64,000 nucleotides of DNA, from assembly GCF_009914755.1 (NCBI RefSeq), contig NC_060933.1. One strand, written 5' to 3'. How positions within the stretch are numbered: position 1 is the first letter of the stretch; the number at the start of each line of letters is the position of its first letter. Both the position numbers and the translations under genes were made by a program. The notes below the pieces were generated by a model. That model was not told the origin of the DNA and ran no database searches. It worked only from the letters and a program-made list of their open reading frames with translations. The DNA comes from the human T2T-CHM13v2.0 reference genome, Homo sapiens. Below are positions 44,901-58,500 of the stretch, in pieces.

Positions 44901-46400
44901 ATTCCATTCCATTCCGTTCCATTCCATTCCATTCCGTTCCGTTCCGTTCCATTCCATTCCATTCCATTCCGTTCCGTTCCGTTCCGTTCCATTCCATTCC
45001 ATTCTATTCTGGTTAATTCCATTCCATTCCATTCGATTGCAATCGAGTTGATTCCATTCCATTCCATTCCATACCATTCCATTCCATTACATTCCATTCC
45101 GTTCCATTCCATTCCATTACATTCAGATTGATTCTATTCAATTCCCTTACACTTCACTACATTCCAACAAATTGGGGTTGTTTCCATTCCATTCCATTCC
45201 ATTCCTCTCCATTCCATTGCACTCGGGTTGATTCCATTCCATTCCATTCCATTCCATTCCATTCCATTCCATTCCATTCTATTCCATTGTACTCGGGTTG
45301 ATTCCATTCCATTGCATTCCATTCCATTCCATTACGTTCCATTCCATTCCATTACATTCGGGTTGATTCTATTCAACTCCCTTACTCTCCATTACATTCC
45401 ATTCCATTCATGTTGTTCCATTCCATTCCATTCCATTCCACTCCATTCCATTGCACTGGGGTTGATTCCACTACATTCCATTCCATTCCATTCAATTCCG
45501 GATGATTCCATTCCATTGCATTCCGATCCATTACATTCCCCTGCACTCGGGTTGATTCCATTCCATTCCATTACATTCCATTCCATAACATTCCATTCGA
45601 TTCCATTCTATTCCAATTCTTTCCATTCCATTCAATTCCGTACCATTCCATTCCATTCCATTCCATACAATTCCATTCCATTCCATTCCATTCCATTCCA
45701 TTCCATTCCGTTCCGTTCCATTCCATTCCATTCCATTCTATTCCATTCCATTCCATTCCATTCCATTCCTTTCCGTTCCATTCCTTTCCATTCCATTCTA
45801 TTCCATTCTATTCCATTCCATTGCAATCGGGTTGAATCCATTGCATTCCATTCCATTCCATTGCATTCCATTCCGGAAGATTCCATTCCATTGCATTCCA
45901 TTCCATTCCATTCCCCTGCACTCGCGTTGATTCCATTCCATTCCATTCCATTCCATTCCATTCCATTCCATTCCTTTCCGTTCCATTCCATTCCATTCCA
46001 TTCCATTCCGTTCCGTTCCGTTCCACTCCATTCCATTCCATTCCATTCCATTCCATTCCATTCCATTCCCTTCCGTTCTACTCCATTCCATTCCATTCCA
46101 TTCTATTCGGGTTAATTCCATTCCATTCCATTCGATTGCAATCGAGTTGATTCCATTCCATTCCATTCCATTCAATTCCATTCCATTCCATTCCATTCCA
46201 TTCCACTCGTGTTGATTCCATTCCTTTCCATTCCATTCGGTTTGAAGCCATTCCATTCCATTGAATTCCATTCCATTCCATTCCATTCCATTCCATTCCA
46301 TTCCATTCCATTTCATTCCATTGTACTCGGGTTGATTCCATTCCATTGCATTCCATTCCATTCCATTCAATTCCATTCCGTTCCAATCCATTCCATTACA

Positions 46401-46500
46401 TTCGGATTGATTCTATTCAACTCCCTTACTCTCAATTACATTCCATTCCATTCGGATTGATTCTATTCAACTCCCTTACTCTCCATTCCATTCCATTCCA
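46401..46500 (+). repeat. Local 50-bp tandem duplication
   Basis: TTCGGATTGATTCTATTCAACTCCCTTACTCTC occurs at 46401 and 46451. Confidence 0.9.
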
Positions 46501-49500
46501 TTCGGGTTGTTCCATTCCATTCCATTGCATTCCACTCCATTCCATTGCACTCGGGTTGATTCCATTCCATTCCATTCCATTCCATTCCATTCCATTCCAT
46601 TCCGGATGATTCTCTTCCATTGCATTCCGTTCTATTACATTCCCCTGCACTCGCGTTGATTCCATTCCATTCCATTCGATTCCATTCCATTCCAATTCGT
46701 TCCATTCCATTCTATTCCGTACCATTCCTTTCCATTCCATACCATTCCATTCCATTCCATTCCATTCCATTCCATTCCATTCGTTTCCGTTCCATTCCGT
46801 TCCATTCCATTCCATTCCATTCTATTAGGGTTAATTCCATTCCATTCCATTCCATTCCATTCTATTCCATTCCATTGCAATCGAGTTGAATCCATTGCAT
46901 TCCATTCCATTCCATTCCATTCCATTCCATTCCATTCCGGAAGATTCCATTCCATTGCATTCCATTCCATTCCATTCCCCTGCACTCGCGTTGATTCCAT
47001 TCCATTCCATTCCATTCCATTCCATTCCATTCCATTCCGTTCCGTTCCGTTCCGTTCCGTTCCATTCCATTCCATTCCGTTCCGTTCCGTTCCATTCCAT
47101 TCCATTCCATTCCATTCTATTCGGGTTAATTCCATTCCATTCCATTCGATTGCAATCGAGTTCATTCCATTCCATTCCATTCCTTTCCATTCCATTCCAT
47201 TCAATTCCATTCCTTTCCATTCCATTCCATTCCATTCCCTTTCTTTCCATTCCATTCCATTCCATTCCATTCCTTTCCATTCCATTCCATTCCATTCCAT
47301 TCCTTTCCATTCCATTACTGATGATTCCATTCCATTGCATTCCTTTCCATTCCATTCTCCTGTACTCGAGTTGATTCCATTCCATTCCATTCCAATCCAT
47401 GACATTCCACTGGTGTTGATTCCATTCTTTCCATTCCATTCAAGTTGAATCCATTCCATTGCATTCCATTCCTTTCGATTCCATTCGATTGCAGTCGGGT
47501 TGATTCCATTCCATTGCATTCCATTCCATTCCATTCCATTCCATTCCATTCCGTTCCATTCCATTCCATTACATTCGGATTGATTCTATTAAATTCCCTT
47601 ACCCTTCATTACATTCCATCCCATTCGGGTAGTTTCCATTCCATTCCATTCCATTCCTCTCCATTCCATTGCACTCGGGGTGATTCCATTCCATTCCATT
47701 CCGTTCCGTTCCATTCCATTCCATTCCATTCTATTCCATTCCATTCCATTCCATTCCGTTCCGTTCCATTCCTTTCCATTCCATTCTATTCCATTCTATT
47801 CCATTCCATTGCAATCGAGTTGAATCCATTGCATTCCATTCCATTCCATTCCATTCCATTCCGGAAGATTCCATTCCATTGCATTCCGTTCCATTCCATT
47901 CCCCTGCACTCGCGTTGATTCCATTCCATTCCATTCCATTCCATTCCATTCCATTCCTTTCCTTTCCATTCCATTCCATTCCATTCCATTCCGTTCCATT
48001 CCATTCCGTTCCGTTCCATTCCTTTCCATTCCATTCTATTCGGGTTAATTCCATTCCATTCCATTCGATTGCAATCGAGTTGATTCCATTCCATTCCCTT
48101 CCATTCCATTCCATTCCATTCCATTCCATTCCTTTCCATTCCATTACGGATGTTTCAATTCCATTGCATTCCATTCCATTCCATTCCCTTGTACTCGGGT
48201 TGATTCCATTCCATTGCATTCCAATCCATGCCATTCCACTCGTGTTGATTCCATTCTTTCCATTCCTTTCAAGTTGAATCCATTCCATTGCATTCCATTC
48301 CATTCGATTCCATTCGATTGCACTCGGGTTGATTCCATTCCATTGCATTCCATTCCATTCCATTCCTTTCCATTTCATTCCATTCCGTTCCATTCCATTT
48401 CATTACATTCAGATTGATTCTATTCAATTCCCTTATACTCCATTATATTCCAATCCATTCTGGTTGTTTCCATTCCATTCCATTCCATTTCACTCCATTC
48501 CATTGCTCTCGGGTTGATTCCATTCCATTCCATTCCATTGCATTCCATTACATTCCATTCCGGATGATTCCATTCCATTGCATTGCATTCCATTCCATTC
48601 CCCTGCACTCGGGATGATTCCATTCCATTACATTACATTACATTCCGTTCCATTCCATTCCATTCCATTCGGATTGATTCTATTCAATTCCCTTACACTC
48701 CATTACATTCCATTCCATTCGGGAAGTTTCCATTCCATTCCATTCCATTCCTCTCCATTTCATTGCACTCGGGGGGATTCCATTCCATTCCATTCCATTC
48801 CATTCCATTCCATTCCATTCCATTGTACTCGGGTTGATTCCATTCCACTGCATTCCATTCCTTTCCATTCCATTCCATTCCATTCCATTCCATTCCATTC
48901 CGTTCCATTCCATTCCATTCGGATTGATTCTATTCAACTCCCTTACTCTCCATTACATTCCATTCCATTCGGGTTGTTCCATTCCATTCCATTCCATTCC
49001 ACTCCATTCCATTGCACTCGGGTTGATTCCATTCCATTCCATTCCATTCCATTCCATTCCATTCCATTCCGGATGATTCCTTTCCATTGCATTCCGTTTC
49101 ATTACATTCCCCTGCACTCGGGTTGATTCCATTCCATTCCATTCCATTCCATTCGATTCCATTCCATTCCAATTCTTTCCATTCCATTCTATTCCGTACC
49201 ATTCCATTCCATTCCATACAATTCCATTCCATTCCTTTCCATTCCATTCCGTTCCGTTCCGTTCCGTTCCGTTCTATTCCATTCCATTCCATTCTATTCG
49301 GGTTAATTCCATTCCATTCCATTCCATTCCATTCTATTCCATTCCATTGCAATCGAGTTGAATCCATTGCATTCCATTCCATTCCATTCCATTCCATTCC
49401 GGAAGATTCCATTCCATTGCATTCCATTCCATTCCATTCCCCTGCACTCGCGTTTATTCCTTTCAATTCCATTCCATTCCATTCCATTCCATTCCAATCC

Positions 49501-51720
49501 GTTCCGTTCCGTTCCATTCCATTCCATTCCATTCCATTCCATTCCATTCCATTCCGTTCCGTTCCGTTCCATTCCATTGCATTCCATTCTATTCGGGTTA
49601 ATTCCATTCCATTCCATTCGATTGCAATCGAGTTGATTCCATTCCATTCCATTCCATTCCATTCCATTCCATTCCTTTCCATTCCTTTCCATTACATTAC
49701 GGATGATTCCATTCCATTGCATTCCATTCCATTCCATTCCCCTGTACTCGGGTTGATTTCATTCCATTCCATTCCATTCCATGCCATTCCACTCGTGTTG
49801 ATTCCATTCTTTCCATTCCATTCAAGTTGAATCCATTCCATTGCATTCCATTCCATTCGATTCCATTCGATTGCACTCGGGTTGATTACATTCCATTGCA
49901 TTCCATTCCATTCCGTTCCATTCCATTACATTCGGATTGAATCTATTCAATTCCCTTACACTCCATTACATTCCATTCCATTCGGGTAGTTTCCGTTCCA
50001 TTCCATTCCATTCCTCTCCATTCCATTGCACTCGGGTTGATTCCATTCCATTCCATTCCATTCCATTCCATTCCATTCCGGATGATTCCGTTCCATTGAA
50101 TTCCATTCCATTCCATTCCCCTGCACTTGGGTTGATTCCATTCCATTCCATTCCATTCCTTTCCGTTCCATTCCATTCCATTCAATTCCATTCCATTCTA
50201 TTCGTGTTAATTCCATTCCATTCTATTCCATTCCATTCCATTGAAATCGAGTTGATTCCATTCCATTCCATTCCATTACATTCCATTCCATTCCATTCCA
50301 TTCCGGATGATTCCATTCCATTGCATTCCATTCCATTCCATTGCATTCCATTCCATTCCATTCCCCTGCACTCGGGTTGAATCCATTCCATTCCATTCCA
50401 TTACATTCCGTTCCATTCCATTCCATTCCATTCTATTCGGGTTAATTCCATTCCATTCCATTCCACTCTATTCCAGTCCTTTCCATTCCATTCCACTCGG
50501 GTTGATTCCATTCTATTCCTTTCCATTCCATTCCATTCCATTGCAATCGGGTTGATTCCATTCGAGTTGAATCCATTCCATTCCATTCCATTCCATTACA
50601 TTGCACACGGGTTCATTCCATTCCATTCCATTCCATTCCATTCCATTCCATTTCGTTCCATTCCATTCTATTCCGTACCATTCCATTCCATCCCATTCCA
50701 TTCCATTCCATTCCATTCCATGCCATTACACTCGGGTTGATTCCATTCCTTTCCATTCCATTCTTGTTGAATCCATTCCATTCCATTCCATTCCATTCGA
50801 ATCCATTCCATTGCACTCGGGTTGATTCCATTCCATTCCATTCCATTCCATTTCATTCCATTCCATTCCATTACATACAGATTGATTCTATTCAATTCCT
50901 TTACACTCCATTCCATTCCATTCCATTCGGGATGTTTCCATTCCATTCCATTCCATTCCACTCCATTCCATTGCATCGGGTTGATTGCATTCCATTCCAT
51001 TCCATTCCATTCCGGATGATTCCATTCCATTGCATTCCATTCCATTCCATTCCCCTGCACTCGGGTTGATTACATTCCATTCCATTCCCTTCCATTCCTT
51101 TCCATTCCATTCCATTCCATTGCAATCGAGTTGATTCCATTCCATTCCATTCCATTCCATTCCATTCCATTCCGGATGATTCCATTCCATTGCATTCCAT
51201 TCCAATCCATTCCACTGCACTCGTGTTGATTACATTCCATTCCATTCCCTTCCATTCGTTTCCATTCCATTCCACTCCATTGCAATCGAGTTGATTCCAT
51301 TCCATTCCATTCCATTCCATTCCATTCCATTCCATTGCAATCGAGTTGATTCCATTCCATTCCATTCCATTCCATTCCAATCGATTTGAATCCATTCCAT
51401 GCCATTCCATTCCAGTCCATTCCAGTCCTTTCCATTCCATTCCACTCGGGTTGATTCCATTCTATTCCTTTCCATTCCATTCCATTCCATTCGAATCCAT
51501 TCCATTGCACTCGGTTTGATTCCATTCCATTCCATTTCATTCCATTCCATTCCATTACATTCGGACTGATTCTATTCAATTCCCTTACACTCCATTACAT
51601 TCCATTCCATTCGGGGTGTTTCCATTCCATTCCATTCCATTCCATTCCATTCCATTGCATCGGGTTCATTCCATTCAATTCCATTCCATTCCATTCCATT
51701 CCATTCCATTCCATTCCATT

Positions 51721-51820
51721 CAGGATGATTCCATTCCATTGCATTCAATTCCATTCCATTCCATTCCATTCCATTCCATTCAGGATGATTCCATTCCATT
51801 GCATTCAATTCCATTCCATT
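51721..51820 (+). repeat. Local 60-bp tandem duplication
   Basis: The rare variant CAGGATGATTCCATTCCATTGCATTCAATT occurs at 51721 and 51781. Confidence 0.88.
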
Positions 51821-52559
51821 CCCCTGCACTCGGGTTGATTACATTCCATTCCATTCCCTTCCATTCCTTTCCATTCCATTCCATTCCATTCTATTCGGGT
51901 TAATTCCATTCCATTCCATTCCATTCCATTCCATTCCATTCCATTCCATTCTATTCGGGTTAATTGCATTCCATTCCATTCAAATTCCATTCCACTCCAT
52001 TCCAATCGAGTTGATTCCATTCCATTCCATTCCATTCCATTCCACTCCATTCCAGTCCTTTCCATTCCATTCCACTCGGGTTGATTCCATTCTATTCCTT
52101 TCCATTCCATTCCATTCCATTGCAATCGAGTTGATTCCATTGCTTTGCATTCCATTCCATTCCATTCCATTCCGGATGATTCCATTCCATTGCATTCCAT
52201 TCCATTCCATTCCCCTGCACTCGGGTTGATTCCATTCCATTCCACTCCATTCCATTCCATTCCATTCCAATCCATTGTATTCGGGTTAATTCCATTCCAT
52301 TCCATTCCATTCCATTCCATTCCATTCCATTCCATTACAATCGAGTTGATTCCATTCCATTCCATTCCATTCCATTCCATTCCAGTCCTTTGCATTCCAT
52401 TCCACTCGGGTTGATTCCATTCTATTAGTTTCCATTCCATTCCATTCCCTTCCATTCCACTCTGGTTGATTCCATTCCTTTCCATTCCACTCGAATACAT
52501 TCTCTCCTATTCCACTCGGAACGATTCCATTCCATTCCATTCCATTCCATTCCATTCCA

Positions 52560-55500
52560 TTCCATTCCATTCCATTCCGGTTGATTCCATTCCATTGCAA
52601 TCTATTCCATTCCATTCCCCTGCACTCGCGTTGATTCCATTCCATTGCATTCCATTCCATTCCGTTCCGTTCCGTTCCATTCCATTCCATTCCATTCCGT
52701 TCCGTTCCGTTCCGTTGCATTCCATTCCATTCTGTTCGGGTTAATTCCATTCCATTCCATTCGATTGCAATCGAGTTGATTCCATTCCATTCCATTCCAT
52801 TCCATTCCATTCCATTCCATTCCTTTCCATTCCATTATGGATGATTCCATTCCATTGCATTACATTCCATTCCATTCCCCTGCACTCGGGTTGATTCCAT
52901 TCCATTCCATTCCATTCCATTCGATTCCATTCCATTCCAATTCTTTCCATTCCATTCTATTCCGTACCATTCCATTCCATTCCATACAATTCCATTCCAT
53001 TCCCTTCCATTCCGTTCCATTCCGTTCCGTTCCTTTCCATTCCATTCCATTCCATTCTATTCGGGTTAATGCCATTCCATTGCATTCCATTCCATTCCAT
53101 TCTATTCCATTCCATTGCAATCGAGTTGAATCCATTGCATTCCATTCCATTCCATTCCATTCCATTCCATTCCATTCCATTCCATTCTGGAAGATTCCAC
53201 TCCATTGCATTCCATTCCATTCCATTCCCCTGCACTCACGTTTATTCCTTTCAATTCCATTCCATTCCATTCCATTCCGTTCCGTTCGATTCCATTCCCT
53301 TCCTTTCCATTCCATTCCGTTCCTTTCCGTTCCGTTCCATTCCATTCCATTCCATTCTATTCGGGTTAATTCCATTCCATTCCATTCGATTGCAATCGAG
53401 TTGATTCCATTCCATTCCATTCCATTCCATTCCATTCCATTCCATTCCTTTCCATTACATTACGGATGATTCCATTCCATTGCATTCCATTCCATTCCAT
53501 TCCCCTGTACTCGGTTTGATTTCATTCCATTCCATTCCATTCCATGCCATTCCACTCGTGTTGATTCCATTCTTTCCATTCCATTCAAGTTGAATCCATT
53601 CCATTGCATTCCATTCCATTCGATTCCATTCGATTGCACTCGGGTTGATTCCATTCCATTGCATTCCATTCCGTTCCGTTCCATTCCATTACTTTCGGAT
53701 TGATTCTATTCAATTCCCTTACACTCCATTACATTCCATTCCATTCGGGTAGTTTCCATTCCATTCCATTCCATTCCTCTCCATTCCATTGCACTCGGGT
53801 TGATTCCATTCCATTCCATTCCATTCCATTCCATTCCATTCCATTCCGGATGATTCCATTCCATTGAATTCCATTCCATTCCATTCCCCTGCACTTGGGT
53901 TGATTCCATTCCATTCCATTCCATTCCTTTCCGTTCCAATCCATTCCATTCAATTCCATTCCATTCTATTCGTGTTAATTCCATTCCATTCTATTCCATT
54001 CCATTCCATTGAAATCGAGTTGATTCCATTCCATTCCATTCAATTCCATTCCATTCCGGATGATTCCATTCCATTGCATTCCATTCCATTCCATTCTATT
54101 CGGGTTAATTCCATTCCATTCCATTCGATTGCAATCGAGTTGATTCCATTCCATTCCATTCAATTCCATTCCATTCCTTTCCATTCCATTACGGATGATT
54201 CCATTCCATTGCATTCCATTCCATTCCATTCCTCTGTACTCGGGTTGATTCCATTCCATTCCATTCCAATCCATGCCATTCCACTCGTGTTGATTCCATT
54301 CTTTCCATTCCATTCAAGTTGAATCCATTCCATTTCACTCCATTCCATTCCATTCCCCTGCAGTCGGGTTGATTCCATTCCATTCCATTCCATTCCATTC
54401 CATTCCATTCCGTTCCGTTCCATTCCATTCCATTCCATTCTATTCGGGTTAATTCCATTCCATTCCATTCCATTCCATTCCATTCCAATCGAGTTGTTTC
54501 CATTCCATTCCATTCCATTCTATTCCACTCCATTCCAGTCCTTTCCATTCCATTCCACTCGGGTTGATTCCAATGTATTCCTTTCCATTCCATTCCATTC
54601 CATTGCAATCGAGTTGATTCCATTGCTTTGCATTCCATTCCATTCCATTCCATTCCGGATGATTCCATTCCATTGCATTCCATTCGATTCCATTCCCGTG
54701 CACTCGGGTTGATTCCATTCCATTCCACTCCATTCCGTTCCATTCCATTCCATTCCATTGTATTCGTGTTAATTCCATTCCATTCCATTCCATTGCATTC
54801 CATTCCATTCCAGTCCTCTCCATTCCATTCCACACGGGTTGATTCCATTCTATTAGTTTCCATTCCATTCCACTCCTTTCCATTCCACTGTGGTTGATTC
54901 CATTCCTTTCCATTCCACCCGAAAATATTCCCTCCTATTCCACTCGGAACGATTCCATTCCATTCCATTCCATTCCATTCCATTCCATTCCATTCCATTC
55001 CATTCCGTTCCATTCCATTAAATTCCATTTCGTTCCATTCCATTCTATTCCGTATCATTCCATTCCATTCTTTCCATTCCATTCCATTCCATTCCATTCC
55101 TTTCCATTCAATTCCTTTCCATTAAAATTCGTTCCATTCCATTCTGTTCCGTACCATTCCATTCCATTCCATACCATTCCATTCCATTCCATTCCATTCC
55201 GTTCCATTCCGTTCCATTCCATTCCATTCCATTCTATTCGGATTAAATGCATTCCATTCCATTCCATTCCATTCTATTCCATTGCATTGCAATCGAGTTG
55301 AATCTATTGCATTGCATTCCATTCCATTCCATTCCATTCCATTCCGGAAGATTCCATTCCATTGCATTCCATTCCATTCCATTCCCCTGCACTCGCGTTG
55401 ATTCCATTCCATTCCATTCCATTCCATTCCATTCCGTTCCGTTCCGTTCAATTCCATTCCATTCCATTCCATTCCATTCCGTTCCGTTCCATTCCATTCC

Positions 55501-58500
55501 ATTCCATTCTATTCGGGTTAATTCCATTCCATTCCATTCGATTGCAATCGAGTTAATTCCATTCCATTCCATTCCATTCCATTCCATTCCATTCCATTCC
55601 ATTCCTTTCCATTCCATTACGGATGATTCCATTCCATTGCATTCCATTCCATTCCATTCCCCTGTACTCGGGTTGATTCCATTCCATTCCATTCCAATCC
55701 ATGCCATTCCACTCGTGTTGATTCCATTCTTTCCATTCCATTCAAGTTGAATCCATTCCATTGCATTCCATTCCATTCGATTCCATTCGATTGCACTCGG
55801 GTTGATTCCATTCCATTGCATTCCATTCCATTCCATTCCATTCCATTCCGTTCCGTTCCATTCCATTCCATTACATTCGCATTGATTCTATTCAATTCCC
55901 TTACACTCCATTACATTCCATTCCATTCGGGTAGTTTCCATTCCATTCCACTCCATTCCGCTCCATTCCATTGCATTCGGGTTGATTCCATTCCATTGCA
56001 TTCCATTCCATTCCATTCAATTCCATTCCGTTCCATTCCATTCCATTACATTCGGATTGATTCTATTCAACTCCCTTACTCTCCATTACATTCCATTCCA
56101 TTCGGGTTGTTCCATTCCATTCCATTCCATTCCACTCCATTCCATTGCACTCGGGTTGATTCCATTCCATTCCATTCCATTCCATTCCATTCCGGAAGAT
56201 TCCATTCTATTGCATTCCATTCCATTCCATTCCCCTGCACTCGCGTTGATTCCATTCCATTCCATTCTATTCAATTCCATTCCCTTCCTTTCCGTTCCAT
56301 TCCATTCCATTCAATTCCATTCCATTCCGTTCCGTTCCATTCCATTCCATTCCATTCTATTCTGCTAATTCCATTCCATTCCATTCGATTGCAATCGAGT
56401 TGATTCCATTCCATTCCATTCCATTCCATTCCTTTCCATTCCATTACGGATGATTCCATTCCATTGCATTCCATTCCATTCCATTCCGCTGTACTCGGGT
56501 TGATTCCATTCCATTCCATTCCAATCCATGCCATTCCACTCGTGTTGATTCCATTCTTTCCATTCCATTCAAGTTGAATCCATTCCATTGCATTCCATTC
56601 CATTCGATTCCATTCGATTGCACTCGGGTTGATTCCATTCCATTGCATTCCATTCCATTCCATTCCATTCCATTGCATTCCATTCCGTTCCATTCCATTT
56701 CATTACATTCAGATTTATTCTATTCAATTCCCTTACACTCCGTTATATTCCAATCCATTCTGGTTGTTTCCATTCCATTCCATTCCATTCCATTCCATTC
56801 CATTCCATTCCGGTTGATTCCATTCCATTGCAATCCATTCCATTCCATTTCCCTGCACTCGCGTTGATTCCATTCCATTGCATTTCATTCCATTCCGTTC
56901 CGTTCCGTTCCATTCCATTCCATTCCATTCCATTCCATTCTATTCCATTCCATTGCAATCGAGTTGAATACATTGCATTCCATTCCATTCCATTCCATTC
57001 CATTCCATTCCATTCTGGAAGATTCCACTCCATTGCATTCCATTCCATTCCATTCCCCTGCAGTCACGTTTATTCCTTTCAATTCCATTCCATTCCATTC
57101 CATTCCGTTCCGTTCGATTCCATTCCCTTCCTTTCCATTCCATTCCGTTCCTTTCCGTTCCGTTCCATTCCATTCCATTCCATTCTATTCGGGTTAATTC
57201 CATTCCATTCCATTCGATTGCAATCGAGTTGATTCCATTCCATTCCATTCCATTCCATTCCATTCCATTCCATTCCATTCCTTTCCATTACATTACGGAT
57301 GATTCCATTCCATTGCATTCCAGTCCATTCCATTCCCCTGTACTCGGTTTGATTTCATTCCATTCCATTCCATTCCATGCCATTCCACTCGTGTTGATTC
57401 CATTCTTTCCATTCCATTCAAGTTGAATCCATTCCATTGCATTCCATTCCATTCGATTCCATTCGATTGCACTCGGGTTGATTCCATTCCATTGCATTCC
57501 ATTCCGTTCCGTTCCATTCCATTACTTTCGGATTGATTCTATTCAATTCCCTTACACTCCATTACATTCCATTCCATTCGGGTAGTTTCCATTCCATTCC
57601 ATTCCATTCCTCTCCATTCCATTGCACTCGGGTTGATTCCATTCCATTCCATTCCATTCCATTCCATTCCATTCCATTCCGGATGATTCCATTCCATTGA
57701 ATTCCATTCCATTCCATTCCCCTGCACTTGGGTTGATTCCATTCCATTCCATTCCATTCCTTTCCGTTCCAATCCATTCCATTCAATTCCATTCCATTCT
57801 ATTCGTGTTAATTCCATTCCATTCTATTCCATTCCATTCCATTGAAATCGAGTTGATTCCTTTCCATTCCATTCAATTCCATTCCATTCCGGATGATTCC
57901 ATTCCATTGCATTCCATTCCATTCCATTCTATTCGGGTTAATTCCATTCCATTCCATTCGATTGCAATCGAGTTGATTCCATTCCATTCCATTCCATTCC
58001 ATTCCTTTCCATTCCATTACGGATGATTCCATTCCATTGCATTCCATTCCATTCCATTCCTCTGTACTCGGGTTGATTCCATTCCATTCCATTCCAATCC
58101 ATGCCATTCCACTCGTGTTGATTCCATTCTTTCCATTCCATTGAAGTTGAATCCATTCCATTTCATTCCATTCCATTCCATTCCCCTGCAGTCGGGTTGA
58201 TTCCATTCCATTCCATTCCATTCCATTCCATTCCATTCCGTTCCGTTCCATTCCATTCCATTCCATTCTATTCGGGTTAATTCCATTCCATTCCATTCCA
58301 TTCCATTCCATTCCAATCGAGTTGTTTCCATTCCATTCCATTCCATTCTATTCCACTCCATTCCAGTCCTTTCCATTCCATTCCACTCGGGTTGATTCCA
58401 ATGTATTCCTTTCCATTCCATTCCATTCCATTGCAATCGAGTTGATTCCATTGCTTTGCATTCCATTCCATTCCATTCCATTCCGGATGATTCCATTCCA

